NCBI GenBank assembly: GCA_964506505.1
Contig: CAZDKY010000021.1
Location: forward strand, 4,010 to 68,009
Reading direction: 5' to 3'
DNA: 64,000 nt
DNA from: an uncultured Syntrophomonadaceae bacterium
GTDB lineage: Bacteria; Bacillota; Dethiobacteria; DTU022
Shown: piece after piece, positions 31,684-41,077 of the stretch
Layout of the letters: every line of letters starts with the position of its first letter
Position numbering within the stretch: position 1 is the first letter of the stretch
Position numbers and translations under genes: made by a program
The notes under the pieces: generated by a model
The model's input: only the letters and a program-made list of their open reading frames with translations
Databases searched by the model: none
What the model was told of the DNA's origin: nothing

Positions 31684-32066
31684 CAGCGATTATCCTCTGC
31701 TTCTTCATATTTTGAGGGACATTTGACAAGAATTTTTTCGGCCTGGAACACTCCTTCGCAGTATTCTCCAACCACGACAACATTTTCCGAATGTTCCATG
31801 TTATTCGGTTTTACCCCACTGTAGGTAACAGAAGCCCTGGTTCCCTCTTCGTCAACCAGGTAAAAATGGAGTTCACCGGCAGTACTATCATATTGAATGG
31901 GCTCTTCCTTGACAAGGTAACCGAGCACCTGGACCTGCTGCAATGTTTCCGCCGCTTCGGCAAATGAAACATAAGGATTGAGAGCAGAGCGAAATGAAAA
32001 GAAAGCAAAACTGGCAAAGACGATAATCACCGCCAAGCCGATTATCCATTTTGTTTTATTCTTCAT
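31683..32066 (-). CDS. ccmE: Heme chaperone CcmE, CxxxY variant
   Basis: N-terminal TM, ILVKCPSKY motif; start set at ATG 32066. Confidence 0.9.
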   Translation of the reverse strand: MKNKTKWIIGLAVIIVFASFAFFSFRSALNPYVSFAEAAETLQQVQVLGYLVKEEPIQYDSTAGELHFYLVDEEGTRASVTYSGVKPNNMEHSENVVVVGEYCEGVFQAEKILVKCPSKYEEAEDNR

Positions 32067-32172
32067 CTTTTTTCTCCAACTTTCTGATCCGCAGATCAAT
32101 CCTGAGCAGATAAAAGAAAATTCCACCCCAGGCAATCAGGGCAACAATGAGAACAATATATAGATCAGACAT
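32056..32172 (-). CDS. ccmD: CcmD heme exporter small subunit (38 aa)
   Basis: Manual translation MSDLYIVLIVALIAWGGIFFYLLRIDLRIRKLEKKDEE, located between ccmC and ccmE. Confidence 0.8.
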   Translation of the reverse strand: MSDLYIVLIVALIAWGGIFFYLLRIDLRIRKLEKKDEE

Positions 32173-32830
32173 TTTCTTCACCTTCCATTCCAGTTGTCAC
32201 CGAAGAAATACGTGAAACAATATTTGCTATCCAAGCGTAAAGGCCGGTAAATCCCACCATGGAAGCCATAAAAACCTGGAACATTTTCGCATCCATCTGG
32301 AATCCTGATTCGACACTAATAATCGGATCTGGATGGAGGGTGGCATAGACCCTGGGAATGATGAAAACCAGAAAAGGGACGGAAATAAAAGCAATTATAC
32401 TGAAAACTGAGGCCATCCGGGCCCGTCTTGTTTCATCTTCCACTGCCGATCGCAGCACAAAATAGGCGCAGTAGATCAAAAGAAGGACAAAGATAGAGCT
32501 CTCTCGGGGATCCCAGTTCCAGAACATGCCCCAGGTGTAACGGGCAAAAATTGACCCGGTTAACGTAGCCAGAACAGTAAATATTAATCCGATTTCAGCA
32601 TTGAGAGCCGCCTTTCGATCATCGATCATCATTCCTTTTTTTAAATAACGAATGCTGTAAATCATGGAGATGAGATAGGCCAGGACACTGACCCAGGCCA
32701 AAGGAACATGAAAAAATATTATCCGGGCCAGATCACCCAGGCCAAGGGCGGGCGGAGCATAAATAAAGGCGGCAATAGTGACCAGCGCCATCCAGAGGGC
32801 AAGAATAATTTTCAGGACCAGTAAAACCAT
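32165..32830 (-). CDS. ccmC: Heme exporter CcmC
   Basis: IIFFHVPLAW, WGMFWNWDPRE, TLHP. Confidence 0.92.
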   Translation of the reverse strand: MVLLVLKIILALWMALVTIAAFIYAPPALGLGDLARIIFFHVPLAWVSVLAYLISMIYSIRYLKKGMMIDDRKAALNAEIGLIFTVLATLTGSIFARYTWGMFWNWDPRESSIFVLLLIYCAYFVLRSAVEDETRRARMASVFSIIAFISVPFLVFIIPRVYATLHPDPIISVESGFQMDAKMFQVFMASMVGFTGLYAWIANIVSRISSVTTGMEGEENV

Positions 32831-32913
32831 TTTTATACTCCTTTATATTCCTTCACAAGAACCGCCGCAGATATTTTCCGCTTTATATACTTTGCCACAC
32901 CTTGCCGTTTTGG

Positions 32914-33600
32914 TCAATCCTCCCAGACAAAAGAAAATAGTAAAAGTGAAGCGGTGACGATAATCACCAGGTAAGAAAAAAGAAAGGTCAGTTCGGACAA
33001 AACACTATCTGCATTTCCACCTGCCAGAGCAATGCTCGTCCCCCTAATGGCCGTAAGCAAAACGGGCAGCAGAACAGGGAAAGCGATCACGGGAAGCAGA
33101 GAATTTTTCGCGCCGGCCCGGGAAACCATTGCTGCCAGGATAGTTGTCGCTCCGGCCAGGCAAACCGAGCCGAGAACAAGAAAGGCAACAACCAGCAAAT
33201 AGTTACTTCCGGGAGGAAGATTCATCAAAAAAATGTAAAGTGGGAAAACAACCACCAGCAGGCCAAGCAGGAGAAGTACATTATAGAGAAGCTTACCGGT
33301 GAAAATAATCTCCGGGGAAGCTGAAAGCCGCAGAGCGGCAGCCGTCCCCTTTTCTTCTTCCTTGATAAAGCTGCGAGCCAGGGCCGACATGGAAGAAAAA
33401 AAGATGATTATCCATAAGAATGAAGCGTGCAATCCCGCATCCAGGGCAAAAATGCCGGTGGAGAAGCTGACCATCACCAAAGTAGTCAGGGCAAATAGAC
33501 CCATAGAAGTAATGGCATAGCGGGTGCGCAGTTCGTCTACCAAATCTTTTTTAACCAGGGCCCATACTCCCCGGAGCGAGTTGTAAAATATCCTGCCCAA
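32914..33600 (-). CDS. ccmB: Heme exporter CcmB
   Basis: KKDLVDELR, RSFIKEEEKGT, LLPVIAFPVLLP. Confidence 0.9.
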   Translation of the reverse strand: MGRIFYNSLRGVWALVKKDLVDELRTRYAITSMGLFALTTLVMVSFSTGIFALDAGLHASFLWIIIFFSSMSALARSFIKEEEKGTAAALRLSASPEIIFTGKLLYNVLLLLGLLVVVFPLYIFLMNLPPGSNYLLVVAFLVLGSVCLAGATTILAAMVSRAGAKNSLLPVIAFPVLLPVLLTAIRGTSIALAGGNADSVLSELTFLFSYLVIIVTASLLLFSFVWED

Positions 33601-34186
33601 AGCGTTCTACCTCCGATGGTTCATTGGTAGCCATGAGAACGATCCCTTTGCTGACCTGATCCCCTATAATGAGGTTAACCATATCCTTACCTGCCCGATC
33701 GAGATTGGTAAAAGGTTCATCAAGAAAGAGAAAAACAGGTTCGTGTAGGAGAGCAAAAGCCAACCTGAAGCGCTGTTTCATGCCTGAAGAAAAGGTAGCC
33801 AGGGGACGGTTCATTTCCTCCCTCAGCTGGACCTTTGCCAACAGTCTCTGCAGAAAGTCATTGCCCTTATCAAGCCCCCGCAAAGCGGAAAAAAAGACAA
33901 GATTTTCCAATGGCGAAAGCTGCCCATAAAATTGCAGATCAGGGGAAACCAGTCCCATACTGCTGCGCATGCAGGACGGATCGATAATATCTTCCCCCAT
34001 ATAACAGGCGATTGTTCCGGCAGTCGGTTTTTCCAGGCCGCAGAGAAGCCGCAGCAATGTCGATTTTCCGGAACCGTTTGGCCCGGTTACCACATAACTT
34101 TTTCCCTTTTCCAACTGCCAGGAAAGATTTTTAAACACATTATTTCGCTGATAACTTTTCGCCAAACCTTTTAGCTCTATGCGCAT
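33551..34186 (-). CDS. ccmA: Heme exporter ATP-binding CcmA
   Basis: GPNGSGKST, FSSGMKQR, LDEPFTNLD; adjacent to ccmB. Confidence 0.88.
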   Translation of the reverse strand: MRIELKGLAKSYQRNNVFKNLSWQLEKGKSYVVTGPNGSGKSTLLRLLCGLEKPTAGTIACYMGEDIIDPSCMRSSMGLVSPDLQFYGQLSPLENLVFFSALRGLDKGNDFLQRLLAKVQLREEMNRPLATFSSGMKQRFRLAFALLHEPVFLFLDEPFTNLDRAGKDMVNLIIGDQVSKGIVLMATNEPSEVERFGQDILQLAPGSMGPG

Positions 34187-34445
34187 CTTCCTGATCTCCC
34201 CACAAAATACTCTTCTTTAAACCCTTTTAATCTTAATCATCCTTTTCTGAAGCGTCAAGCCGGCTTCAAAAAAACAATCCTTTCCCTGAATCGTTTAGGC
34301 CTTGAAATTGGCAAATACGGAAGAACGATTAATTCTAAACCTCTCGTAAAAACAGCGAATTTAAACCCGGTTGAGACAGTCTTAAATGATATAATTGATT
34401 AACCCGGTTAATTAATATACTCCAATGGCCGACGGAGGAGATCCT

Positions 34446-34988
34446 ATGAGAATCATTGCCGGTTCGAAAAAAGGAATGAAGCTGAAAACTCCCGGCGGAA
34501 CATCTGTCCGTCCCACTGCCGACCGGGTCAGGGAAGCACTTTTCAATATCCTCGGTCCCCTGGTCAGGGATGCTGTTTTTATTGATCTTTACGCCGGCAG
34601 CGGCGCAGTGGGTATAGAAGCGCTGAGCCGCGGCGCCCACCAGGCTGTATTCGTGGAAAAGAAAAGAGAAAATATTTCTTTTATTAGAGAAAACCTGGCA
34701 AAAAGCGGTTTTAAAGACAGGTCCTTTCTTTTGCACCGCGATGTCAACAGGGCTCTCCCACACCTGGCAGAGAAACAGTTCAGGGCGGACCTCATTTTCA
34801 TGGATCCGCCCTACCTCAGCAAGGAAATCCCCACTGTGATCGAAGCTATAAACGGGCTACCACTCCTCTCACCAGATGGCCTGATCATAGTAGAGCATGC
34901 CTGTTCCAACGGGGAGTGGGCTGCAGTTTTTTCAAACCTTCGCCGGAAAAAGTACGGCCAAACCTGCCTGAGCATCATTAAACCTTAA
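34446..34988 (+). CDS. rsmD: 16S rRNA m2G966 methyltransferase
   Basis: MRIIAG, RPTADRVREALFN, DLYAGSG, DPPY. Confidence 0.95.
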   Translation: MRIIAGSKKGMKLKTPGGTSVRPTADRVREALFNILGPLVRDAVFIDLYAGSGAVGIEALSRGAHQAVFVEKKRENISFIRENLAKSGFKDRSFLLHRDVNRALPHLAEKQFRADLIFMDPPYLSKEIPTVIEAINGLPLLSPDGLIIVEHACSNGEWAAVFSNLRRKKYGQTCLSIIKP

Positions 34989-35045
34989 TTAATGCTTGTC
35001 TAAGAACTGCCCCCTCCGGAAAGATCCACCAATTCGCCGGCAAGT

Positions 35046-36167
35046 CTAAGCCTGTTCCGCCAGCACCTCTCCCAGGGCAGTTAAAAACCGCTCGTTTTGC
35101 TCTTCGGTACCGTAGGTTAACCTGATGTGAGTTGGTTGACCAAAAATGTCGCCGGTGCGGACAATTACCCCTTTCCTGAGCAAGGCTTGAAATACCTGCC
35201 GTGAATCTGTTTTTACATCGATAAAGCAAAAGTTGGCCTGATCGGGAATTGGCTTGAGACCCATTTTCCGCAATCCCTCTTTTATCTGGAAACGTGCTCC
35301 CGCCACCAAAAGACGGCTGCGGACAACCTGTTCGTCATCGTCCAGGGCGGCCACCGCCGCTTTCTGGGCCATGGCATTGACGTTAAAAGGTTCCCGTACG
35401 CGGTTCAGATCAGCGATGATTTCAGCGGGTGCAATTCCATAGCCAATTCGCAGTCCCGCCAGACCATATATCTTGGAAAAAGTGCGCAGGGCCACTACAG
35501 GATAACCCTGTTTGATATAGTTTAATCCGGAAATTTGCTCCGGATCCTCGCTGTACTCTATGTAGGCCTGATCGAGAATCAAAACAATATTATCCGGCAG
35601 GCGTTCAATAAAGCGTTCCATATTTTTCCTGTCCACTACCGAGCCCGTGGGATTATTGGGATTGCATATAAAAATTAATTTTGTTTTCTCACCGATTACC
35701 TCAAGCATGGCATCCAGATCGTAGATAAAGTTTTCTCCTCTGAGCGGCACCGTTTTCGGAATGCCTCCCTGCATGCGCATGGCAAATTCATACTCCGAAA
35801 AACTCGGCACCGGCATGACTGCCTCTTCTCCCGGGCTGACATAGGCCAGACATAACATGGCCAGAAGTTCATCCGAGCCGTTGCCGAAAATTAACTGATT
35901 TGAATCTACGCCAACCTTCCCGGCCAGTTTCTCTTTCAGGTAATAGTTATTGCCATCCGGATAAATATGCATTTTATCAACATTGTCACGCATTGCCCTG
36001 GCAGCAAGTGGCGAAGGTCCAAGTGGATTCTCGTTGGAAGCCATCTTGATAACATTTTTTAAATCAAGTTCCCTTTCCACTTCTTCAACCGGTTTCCCAG
36101 GTTCGTAGGGTTTGATCAGCTGAAGGCATTCGCGTATTTCCGGTTTTTTCAATTTATATTCCTCCAT
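35046..36167 (-). CDS. hisC: Histidinol-phosphate aminotransferase
   Basis: KMASNENPLG, GNGSDE, CNPNNPTG, RTFSKIYGLAGLRIGY. Confidence 0.93.
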   Translation of the reverse strand: MEEYKLKKPEIRECLQLIKPYEPGKPVEEVERELDLKNVIKMASNENPLGPSPLAARAMRDNVDKMHIYPDGNNYYLKEKLAGKVGVDSNQLIFGNGSDELLAMLCLAYVSPGEEAVMPVPSFSEYEFAMRMQGGIPKTVPLRGENFIYDLDAMLEVIGEKTKLIFICNPNNPTGSVVDRKNMERFIERLPDNIVLILDQAYIEYSEDPEQISGLNYIKQGYPVVALRTFSKIYGLAGLRIGYGIAPAEIIADLNRVREPFNVNAMAQKAAVAALDDDEQVVRSRLLVAGARFQIKEGLRKMGLKPIPDQANFCFIDVKTDSRQVFQALLRKGVIVRTGDIFGQPTHIRLTYGTEEQNERFLTALGEVLAEQA

Positions 36168-36313
36168 ATTCTGTGTTAGATGTTGCCGGCAAATATACCG
36201 GATGATGATTAAAGTAGTCTCTTAAGAACCGGCCTGAAGAAAAACATCTTCAACCCGGAGAGATGAAATTACTTTTTTGACCATAATTTTATATATTTAT
36301 TTTACCATACCCC

Positions 36314-36342
36314 TTGTAATCTCCTTTCAGGTCTGCTATAAT
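36314..36342 (+). promoter_or_regulatory. SigA promoter of the T-box leader
   Basis: TTGTAA-17 bp-TATAAT with extended TG. Confidence 0.65.
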
Positions 36343-36365
36343 TCCAAAACAATAAGAGAATGAAA

Positions 36366-36606
36366 AAGGCTTTGATGGGGTAAAACACTTTAACTTCCCG
36401 CTCAGAGAGGGGCTTCGCCGGCTGCAAGAGCCCCCGGTCCGTTAAAGGAATAAGCCGCCCCGGAGCTGCTGTGCTGAAAGTTTTCCTAACCTTTAAGTGC
36501 AGCCGGTTGCAAAACCGTTACTGCGTTGAGAGGCTCCGAAAAGGGCAAAAAGAGTGGTACCGCGGGAATAAACCCGTCTCTTCCAAATAAGAGGCGGGTT
36601 TTCTTA
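36366..36606 (+). ncRNA. T-box riboswitch, probable Ala (GCC) specifier
   Basis: AGAGA and GCTG motifs in stem I, CCGTTA, T-box AGAGTGGTACCGCG, terminator AACCCGTCTCTT...AAGAGGCGGGTTTT. Confidence 0.9.
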
Positions 36607-36723
36607 TTGATCAAAAGTAACTACCACCAGAACCGGCCAGATAAGCTCGGACAGCCGGGATAAAAATGTAATTCAGATCAACGAACTTACCGGACTGCGG
36701 CATCAATTAAGGGAGGGAAAAAG

Positions 36724-37968
36724 ATGAAAACGAAGTGGGATCAGCTGTTTGCAGAAAGAACCAGAAATATCTGCGGTTCACAGATCCGCCAGTATTTTGC
36801 CCTGACAGAAAGACCGGAGGTGATCTCCTTTGCCGGAGGGTTCCCCGGCAATGAATTCTTCCCAACCGCCGAAATCGCGGCAGCCGTGTCCGGACTGATG
36901 CAGGAAGAAGGAAATCGGTCTCTGCAGTACAGTTCAACGGAAGGCAGCATTGAGCTACGTTCTCTTATTGCCGAAAAGATGAACCGGCAAAAGGCCCAAT
37001 GCAATCCGGAAAATATTATCATAACCGATGGCTCTCAGCAGGGGATCGATCTGCTGAGCCGCATCCTCATCAATCCGGGTGATCCAGTTCTGGTAGAGGA
37101 ACCGTCTTATATCGGGGGCACAAGCGCTTTCAAATCTCACGGGGGTATACCTGTAGGCATAAAAATGGACCAGGACGGTCCACTCCCTCTTTCAATGGAA
37201 AAAGCTATTAGTATGCAAATCACAGAAGGAAAACAACCGAAGATGTTTTATACGGTATCCAATTTCCAAAATCCCACCGGCGTAACCACCTCATATGAAC
37301 GGCGGCTCGAGATATTGGAAATTGCTTCACGCCATAATATCATCATAGTTGAAGACAATCCTTACGGTGAACTTTGCTACGAAGGGGAAATACCTCCAAG
37401 CTACAAATCACTTGACAGGGAAGAACGAGTCGTCTACCTGGGGTCTTTCTCGAAGATTCTCACACCCGGCATCCGGATAGGCTGGATGGCCGGCCCCGGC
37501 CCCCTGATCGAAAAAGCAATTTTAACCAAACAATCAACAGATCTTTGTTCCAGCTCACTTGGCCAGCAACTGGCTTACCGCCTTTCAAGGGAAGGCTTTG
37601 TGGAAAAACACACCCGTAAGCTGATCGATCTATATCGCCGAAAAAGAGACATCATGATCGAAGCAATGGATCATTACTTCCCTCCGGACATTGTGTATAA
37701 TAAGCCCAGAGGAGGTTTCTTTATCTGGGTTGATTTCCCGTCTTTTTATCCCACCAGTAAAGAACTTCTCGAGCTGGCCCTGCAAAATAATGTTGCTTTT
37801 GTCCATGGAGAAGGATTTTCAAACAGCGAAGACGGAGGCACCCACAGCGCCCGCTTTTCGTTCAGCCAGCCCCTCCAGGAACATATTGAAACCGGTATCA
37901 ATAAACTGGGAAAACTGTTCCGGGAAATCGAGACCAGGCAATCTCTCAAAACAGTGGAAAAAGTATAA
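36724..37968 (+). CDS. PLP-dependent aminotransferase class I/II
   Basis: ISFAGGFP, FQNPTG, EDNPYGEL, GSFSKILTPGIRIGW. Confidence 0.9.
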   Translation: MKTKWDQLFAERTRNICGSQIRQYFALTERPEVISFAGGFPGNEFFPTAEIAAAVSGLMQEEGNRSLQYSSTEGSIELRSLIAEKMNRQKAQCNPENIIITDGSQQGIDLLSRILINPGDPVLVEEPSYIGGTSAFKSHGGIPVGIKMDQDGPLPLSMEKAISMQITEGKQPKMFYTVSNFQNPTGVTTSYERRLEILEIASRHNIIIVEDNPYGELCYEGEIPPSYKSLDREERVVYLGSFSKILTPGIRIGWMAGPGPLIEKAILTKQSTDLCSSSLGQQLAYRLSREGFVEKHTRKLIDLYRRKRDIMIEAMDHYFPPDIVYNKPRGGFFIWVDFPSFYPTSKELLELALQNNVAFVHGEGFSNSEDGGTHSARFSFSQPLQEHIETGINKLGKLFREIETRQSLKTVEKV

Positions 37969-38027
37969 CAGAGTATGCCGCATAATGTTATTCAAGACAG
38001 AGACAGCTGATTTGAAAGGGAAATATT

Positions 38028-38660
38028 ATGCCCTCGCTTGTAATAATAGACAGTGAATGCGCCAATTTAAACAGTGTCTACCGGGCGACAGCAAAGGCTG
38101 GCCTGCAACCAGTGATATCAGGGAATCCTGACGTGATTACAGGTGCCAGGGCAGTTATCTTTCCCGGTGTTGGCTCTTTTGCCCATGCCGCGCAGGTGTT
38201 GTCGAAAAAGGGATTGGATAAAGTAATAATGGAAGTGATCTTAAAGAAAATCCCCTTTCTTGGCATCTGCCTCGGCATGCAGCTGCTCTGCAGCGAAAGC
38301 GAGGAATCCGTCAATACTGCAATAAAAGGTTTGGATCTGATACCTGGTCGGGTGAAGCGTTTCCCCAGCGGATTGCCCGTACCTCATGTAGGTTGGAACC
38401 AGGTCGTGCCGGTTGTTGATCACCCTCTATTCTCGGGTTTGCCGGCAGGAAGCTATTTTTATTTTACTCATTCCTACTACGTTGATCCCTGCCATGCGGA
38501 AGAAACCCTTGCCCGAACCGCATACGGATTTTCTTTTACTTCAGCGGTATTTAAAAATAATGTATTCGGGGTACAGTTTCATCCCGAAAAAAGCGGCCCG
38601 GCAGGCTTGCGCCTGCTCAGCAATTTTGGTAAGATTATAGACGGGCAGAGGCAAAAATAA
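38028..38660 (+). CDS. hisH: Imidazole glycerol phosphate synthase glutaminase subunit
   Basis: [28 protein letters not shown]. Confidence 0.95.
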   Translation: MPSLVIIDSECANLNSVYRATAKAGLQPVISGNPDVITGARAVIFPGVGSFAHAAQVLSKKGLDKVIMEVILKKIPFLGICLGMQLLCSESEESVNTAIKGLDLIPGRVKRFPSGLPVPHVGWNQVVPVVDHPLFSGLPAGSYFYFTHSYYVDPCHAEETLARTAYGFSFTSAVFKNNVFGVQFHPEKSGPAGLRLLSNFGKIIDGQRQK

Positions 38661-38683
38661 CTTGCTATTATAAGGAAATAATA

Positions 38684-39484
38684 ATGCTCGCCAAAAGAAT
38701 AATCCCATGTCTTGATGTCCATGAAGGTCGGGTCGTTAAAGGAACCCGTTTTATCAACCTGAAAGATGCCGGAGACCCCGTTAAACTGGCCTCTTATTAC
38801 GATTGTGAGGGAGCGGACGAAATAGTATTCCTGGACATCACCGCTTCCATCGAGGGCCGTAAAGCTATTCTCGACGTGGTCAGAAGAACAGCAGAATCGG
38901 TTTTTATACCCCTCACTGTTGGTGGAGGGATAGTTTCAGTGGAATTGATGCAGGAGCTGCTGCACTGCGGAGCTGATAAAATTTCTCTCAATACCGCCGC
39001 ACTGCAGGATCCCTTGCTGATCCGCCTGGGGGCGGATCGCTTCGGCAGCCAGTGCATTATTGCCGCTATTGATGCCCGGAGAAAAAATATTATCTCGGAA
39101 GGCAATCCGGCCTGGGAAGTGTATTCACACGGGGGAAGAAAGGCAACCGGCCGTGACGCCGTAGAATGGGCGATAGAAACTGAAAAACTTGGCGCCGGTG
39201 AAATTCTGCTTACCTCCATGGATGCCGACGGCACCAGGAAAGGTTATGAAATCGAACTTTTAAAAGCTGTTACCGAAGCGGTTAATATTCCGGTGATCGC
39301 CTCCGGTGGCGCCGGGAAAATAGAACATCTATTTGAGGCGCTGACTGCCGGCGGGGCTCATGCTGTGCTGGCCGCTTCGATTTTGCACTACGGGACCTGC
39401 CGGATTTCCGAAATAAAACAATATCTTGCCGAAAATGGTCTGCCGGTGAGACCTGTTACCGGCAATGAAGATTATGATTTGTGA
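38684..39484 (+). CDS. hisF: Imidazole glycerol phosphate synthase cyclase subunit
   Basis: [29 protein letters not shown]. Confidence 0.97.
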   Translation: MLAKRIIPCLDVHEGRVVKGTRFINLKDAGDPVKLASYYDCEGADEIVFLDITASIEGRKAILDVVRRTAESVFIPLTVGGGIVSVELMQELLHCGADKISLNTAALQDPLLIRLGADRFGSQCIIAAIDARRKNIISEGNPAWEVYSHGGRKATGRDAVEWAIETEKLGAGEILLTSMDADGTRKGYEIELLKAVTEAVNIPVIASGGAGKIEHLFEALTAGGAHAVLAASILHYGTCRISEIKQYLAENGLPVRPVTGNEDYDL

Positions 39485-39499
39485 GAGGAGATAGTTATA

Positions 39500-40384
39500 A
39501 TGAAAGAACAGGGCACCTATCGGGTTAAAAAAGGAATGGCCCAGATGCAAAAGGGCGGTGTAATCATGGATGTAACCACCGTCGAACAGGCCAGGATTGC
39601 CGAAAATGCCGGGGCGGTTGCTGTAATGGCTTTGGAACGTGTTCCAGCCGATATCAGGGCGGCAGGTGGAGTTGCCCGGATGGCCGATCCCGAAATGATC
39701 TTGAAAATTATGGATGCAGTGACAATCCCGGTTATGGCCAAGGTCCGGATCGGCCATTTTGCCGAGGCACAGATAATTGAAGAGCTTGGAGTCGATTACA
39801 TCGACGAGAGTGAAGTGCTTACGCCGGCTGATGAACAGTACCATATCAACAAGCACCTTTTCACGGTCCCCTTCGTCTGCGGGGCCAGAGATCTTGGCGA
39901 GGCGCTGCGCCGTATCTCCGAAGGAGCTGCGATGATCCGCACCAAGGGCGAACCTGGAACAGGCAACGTCGTTGAAGCGGTCCGCCACATGCGCCGGGTA
40001 ATGGACCAAATTCGCGAGGTCCTGAGTAAGAAAGAAGACGAGCTTGTCGATCTGGCCAAGGTAATGGGGGTTTCAGTTGAAATGCTAGAAGAGGTCCGCA
40101 AAGAAGGCCGCCTTCCTGTGGTCAACTTTGCCGCCGGTGGAATCGCTTCCCCGGCAGATGCCTCCCTGATGATGCAACTTGGTTCCGACGGGATTTTTGT
40201 CGGCTCCGGCATCTTCAAGGCTGCCATCCCTGAAAAAGTAGCCGAAGCTATCGTCCAGGCTACCCTGCACTACGATGATCCAAAAGTTTTGGCTCAGGTT
40301 TCAAAAGGCCTGGGTGAAGCAATGCCCGGTGTGGAAATGTCGACACTGACCTCCGCCGACCGGATGCAGGAAAGAGGAATCTAA
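39500..40384 (+). CDS. pdxS: PLP synthase lyase subunit
   Basis: [31 protein letters not shown]. Confidence 0.97.
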   Translation: MKEQGTYRVKKGMAQMQKGGVIMDVTTVEQARIAENAGAVAVMALERVPADIRAAGGVARMADPEMILKIMDAVTIPVMAKVRIGHFAEAQIIEELGVDYIDESEVLTPADEQYHINKHLFTVPFVCGARDLGEALRRISEGAAMIRTKGEPGTGNVVEAVRHMRRVMDQIREVLSKKEDELVDLAKVMGVSVEMLEEVRKEGRLPVVNFAAGGIASPADASLMMQLGSDGIFVGSGIFKAAIPEKVAEAIVQATLHYDDPKVLAQVSKGLGEAMPGVEMSTLTSADRMQERGI

Positions 40385-40389
40385 GGTTA

Positions 40390-40974
40390 ATGAAAATCGG
40401 AGTTCTCTCTGTTCAGGGTGCCGTAACGGAACATCTGCGGCACCTTGAACAGTGTAATGTAGAAAGTATCGCCGTAAAAAACAGGAAAACCCTGCAGCAG
40501 GTTAGTGGCCTGATTATCCCCGGTGGAGAGAGCACTACTATCGGTAAACTGATCTCCATCTTCGGCCTGGCCGATTTAATCAGGAAGCGAAGCAATGAAG
40601 GTAACCTTGCCATTTTCGGGACCTGTGCCGGCATGATCCTCATGGCCAGGGATATTTCAGACGGCCTGCCCGGACAGCCAAGCCTCAACCTGATGGATGT
40701 TCAGGTAAAACGTAACGCTTTCGGTCGCCAGCAGGAAAGCTTCGAGATGGAACTACAGTTTAATTCACTGGACCACCCCCTGACTGCTATATTCATCAGG
40801 GCACCGATTATTGAAAAAACAGGATCGGGAGTAACAGTCCTGGCTTCTCTGCCCGAAGGCATTGTTGCAGCCAGACAGGACAACCTGCTGGCCACTTCGT
40901 TTCACCCGGAACTGGTAGAAGATCTGCGCATTCACCAGTATTTTATTGACATGTGCCACAATTTAAGTTTCTGA
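40390..40974 (+). CDS. pdxT: PLP synthase glutaminase subunit
   Basis: IPGGESTT, GTCAGMI, RNAFGRQ, FHPEL. Confidence 0.97.
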   Translation: MKIGVLSVQGAVTEHLRHLEQCNVESIAVKNRKTLQQVSGLIIPGGESTTIGKLISIFGLADLIRKRSNEGNLAIFGTCAGMILMARDISDGLPGQPSLNLMDVQVKRNAFGRQQESFEMELQFNSLDHPLTAIFIRAPIIEKTGSGVTVLASLPEGIVAARQDNLLATSFHPELVEDLRIHQYFIDMCHNLSF

Positions 40975-41034
40975 AATGAAAGTGAACAACAAATCTACAG
41001 GTTTTTGCGGTTTAATAGTGATCCGTCTAAAATT

Positions 41035-41071
41035 ATAGCCCGCCAATCTTCAATCATAGTGGCGGGCTATT
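41035..41071. terminator. Bidirectional terminator between pdxT and guaA
   Basis: ATAGCCCGCCA...TGGCGGGCTAT with A/T-rich flanks. Confidence 0.7.
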
Positions 41072-41077
41072 TATTTC

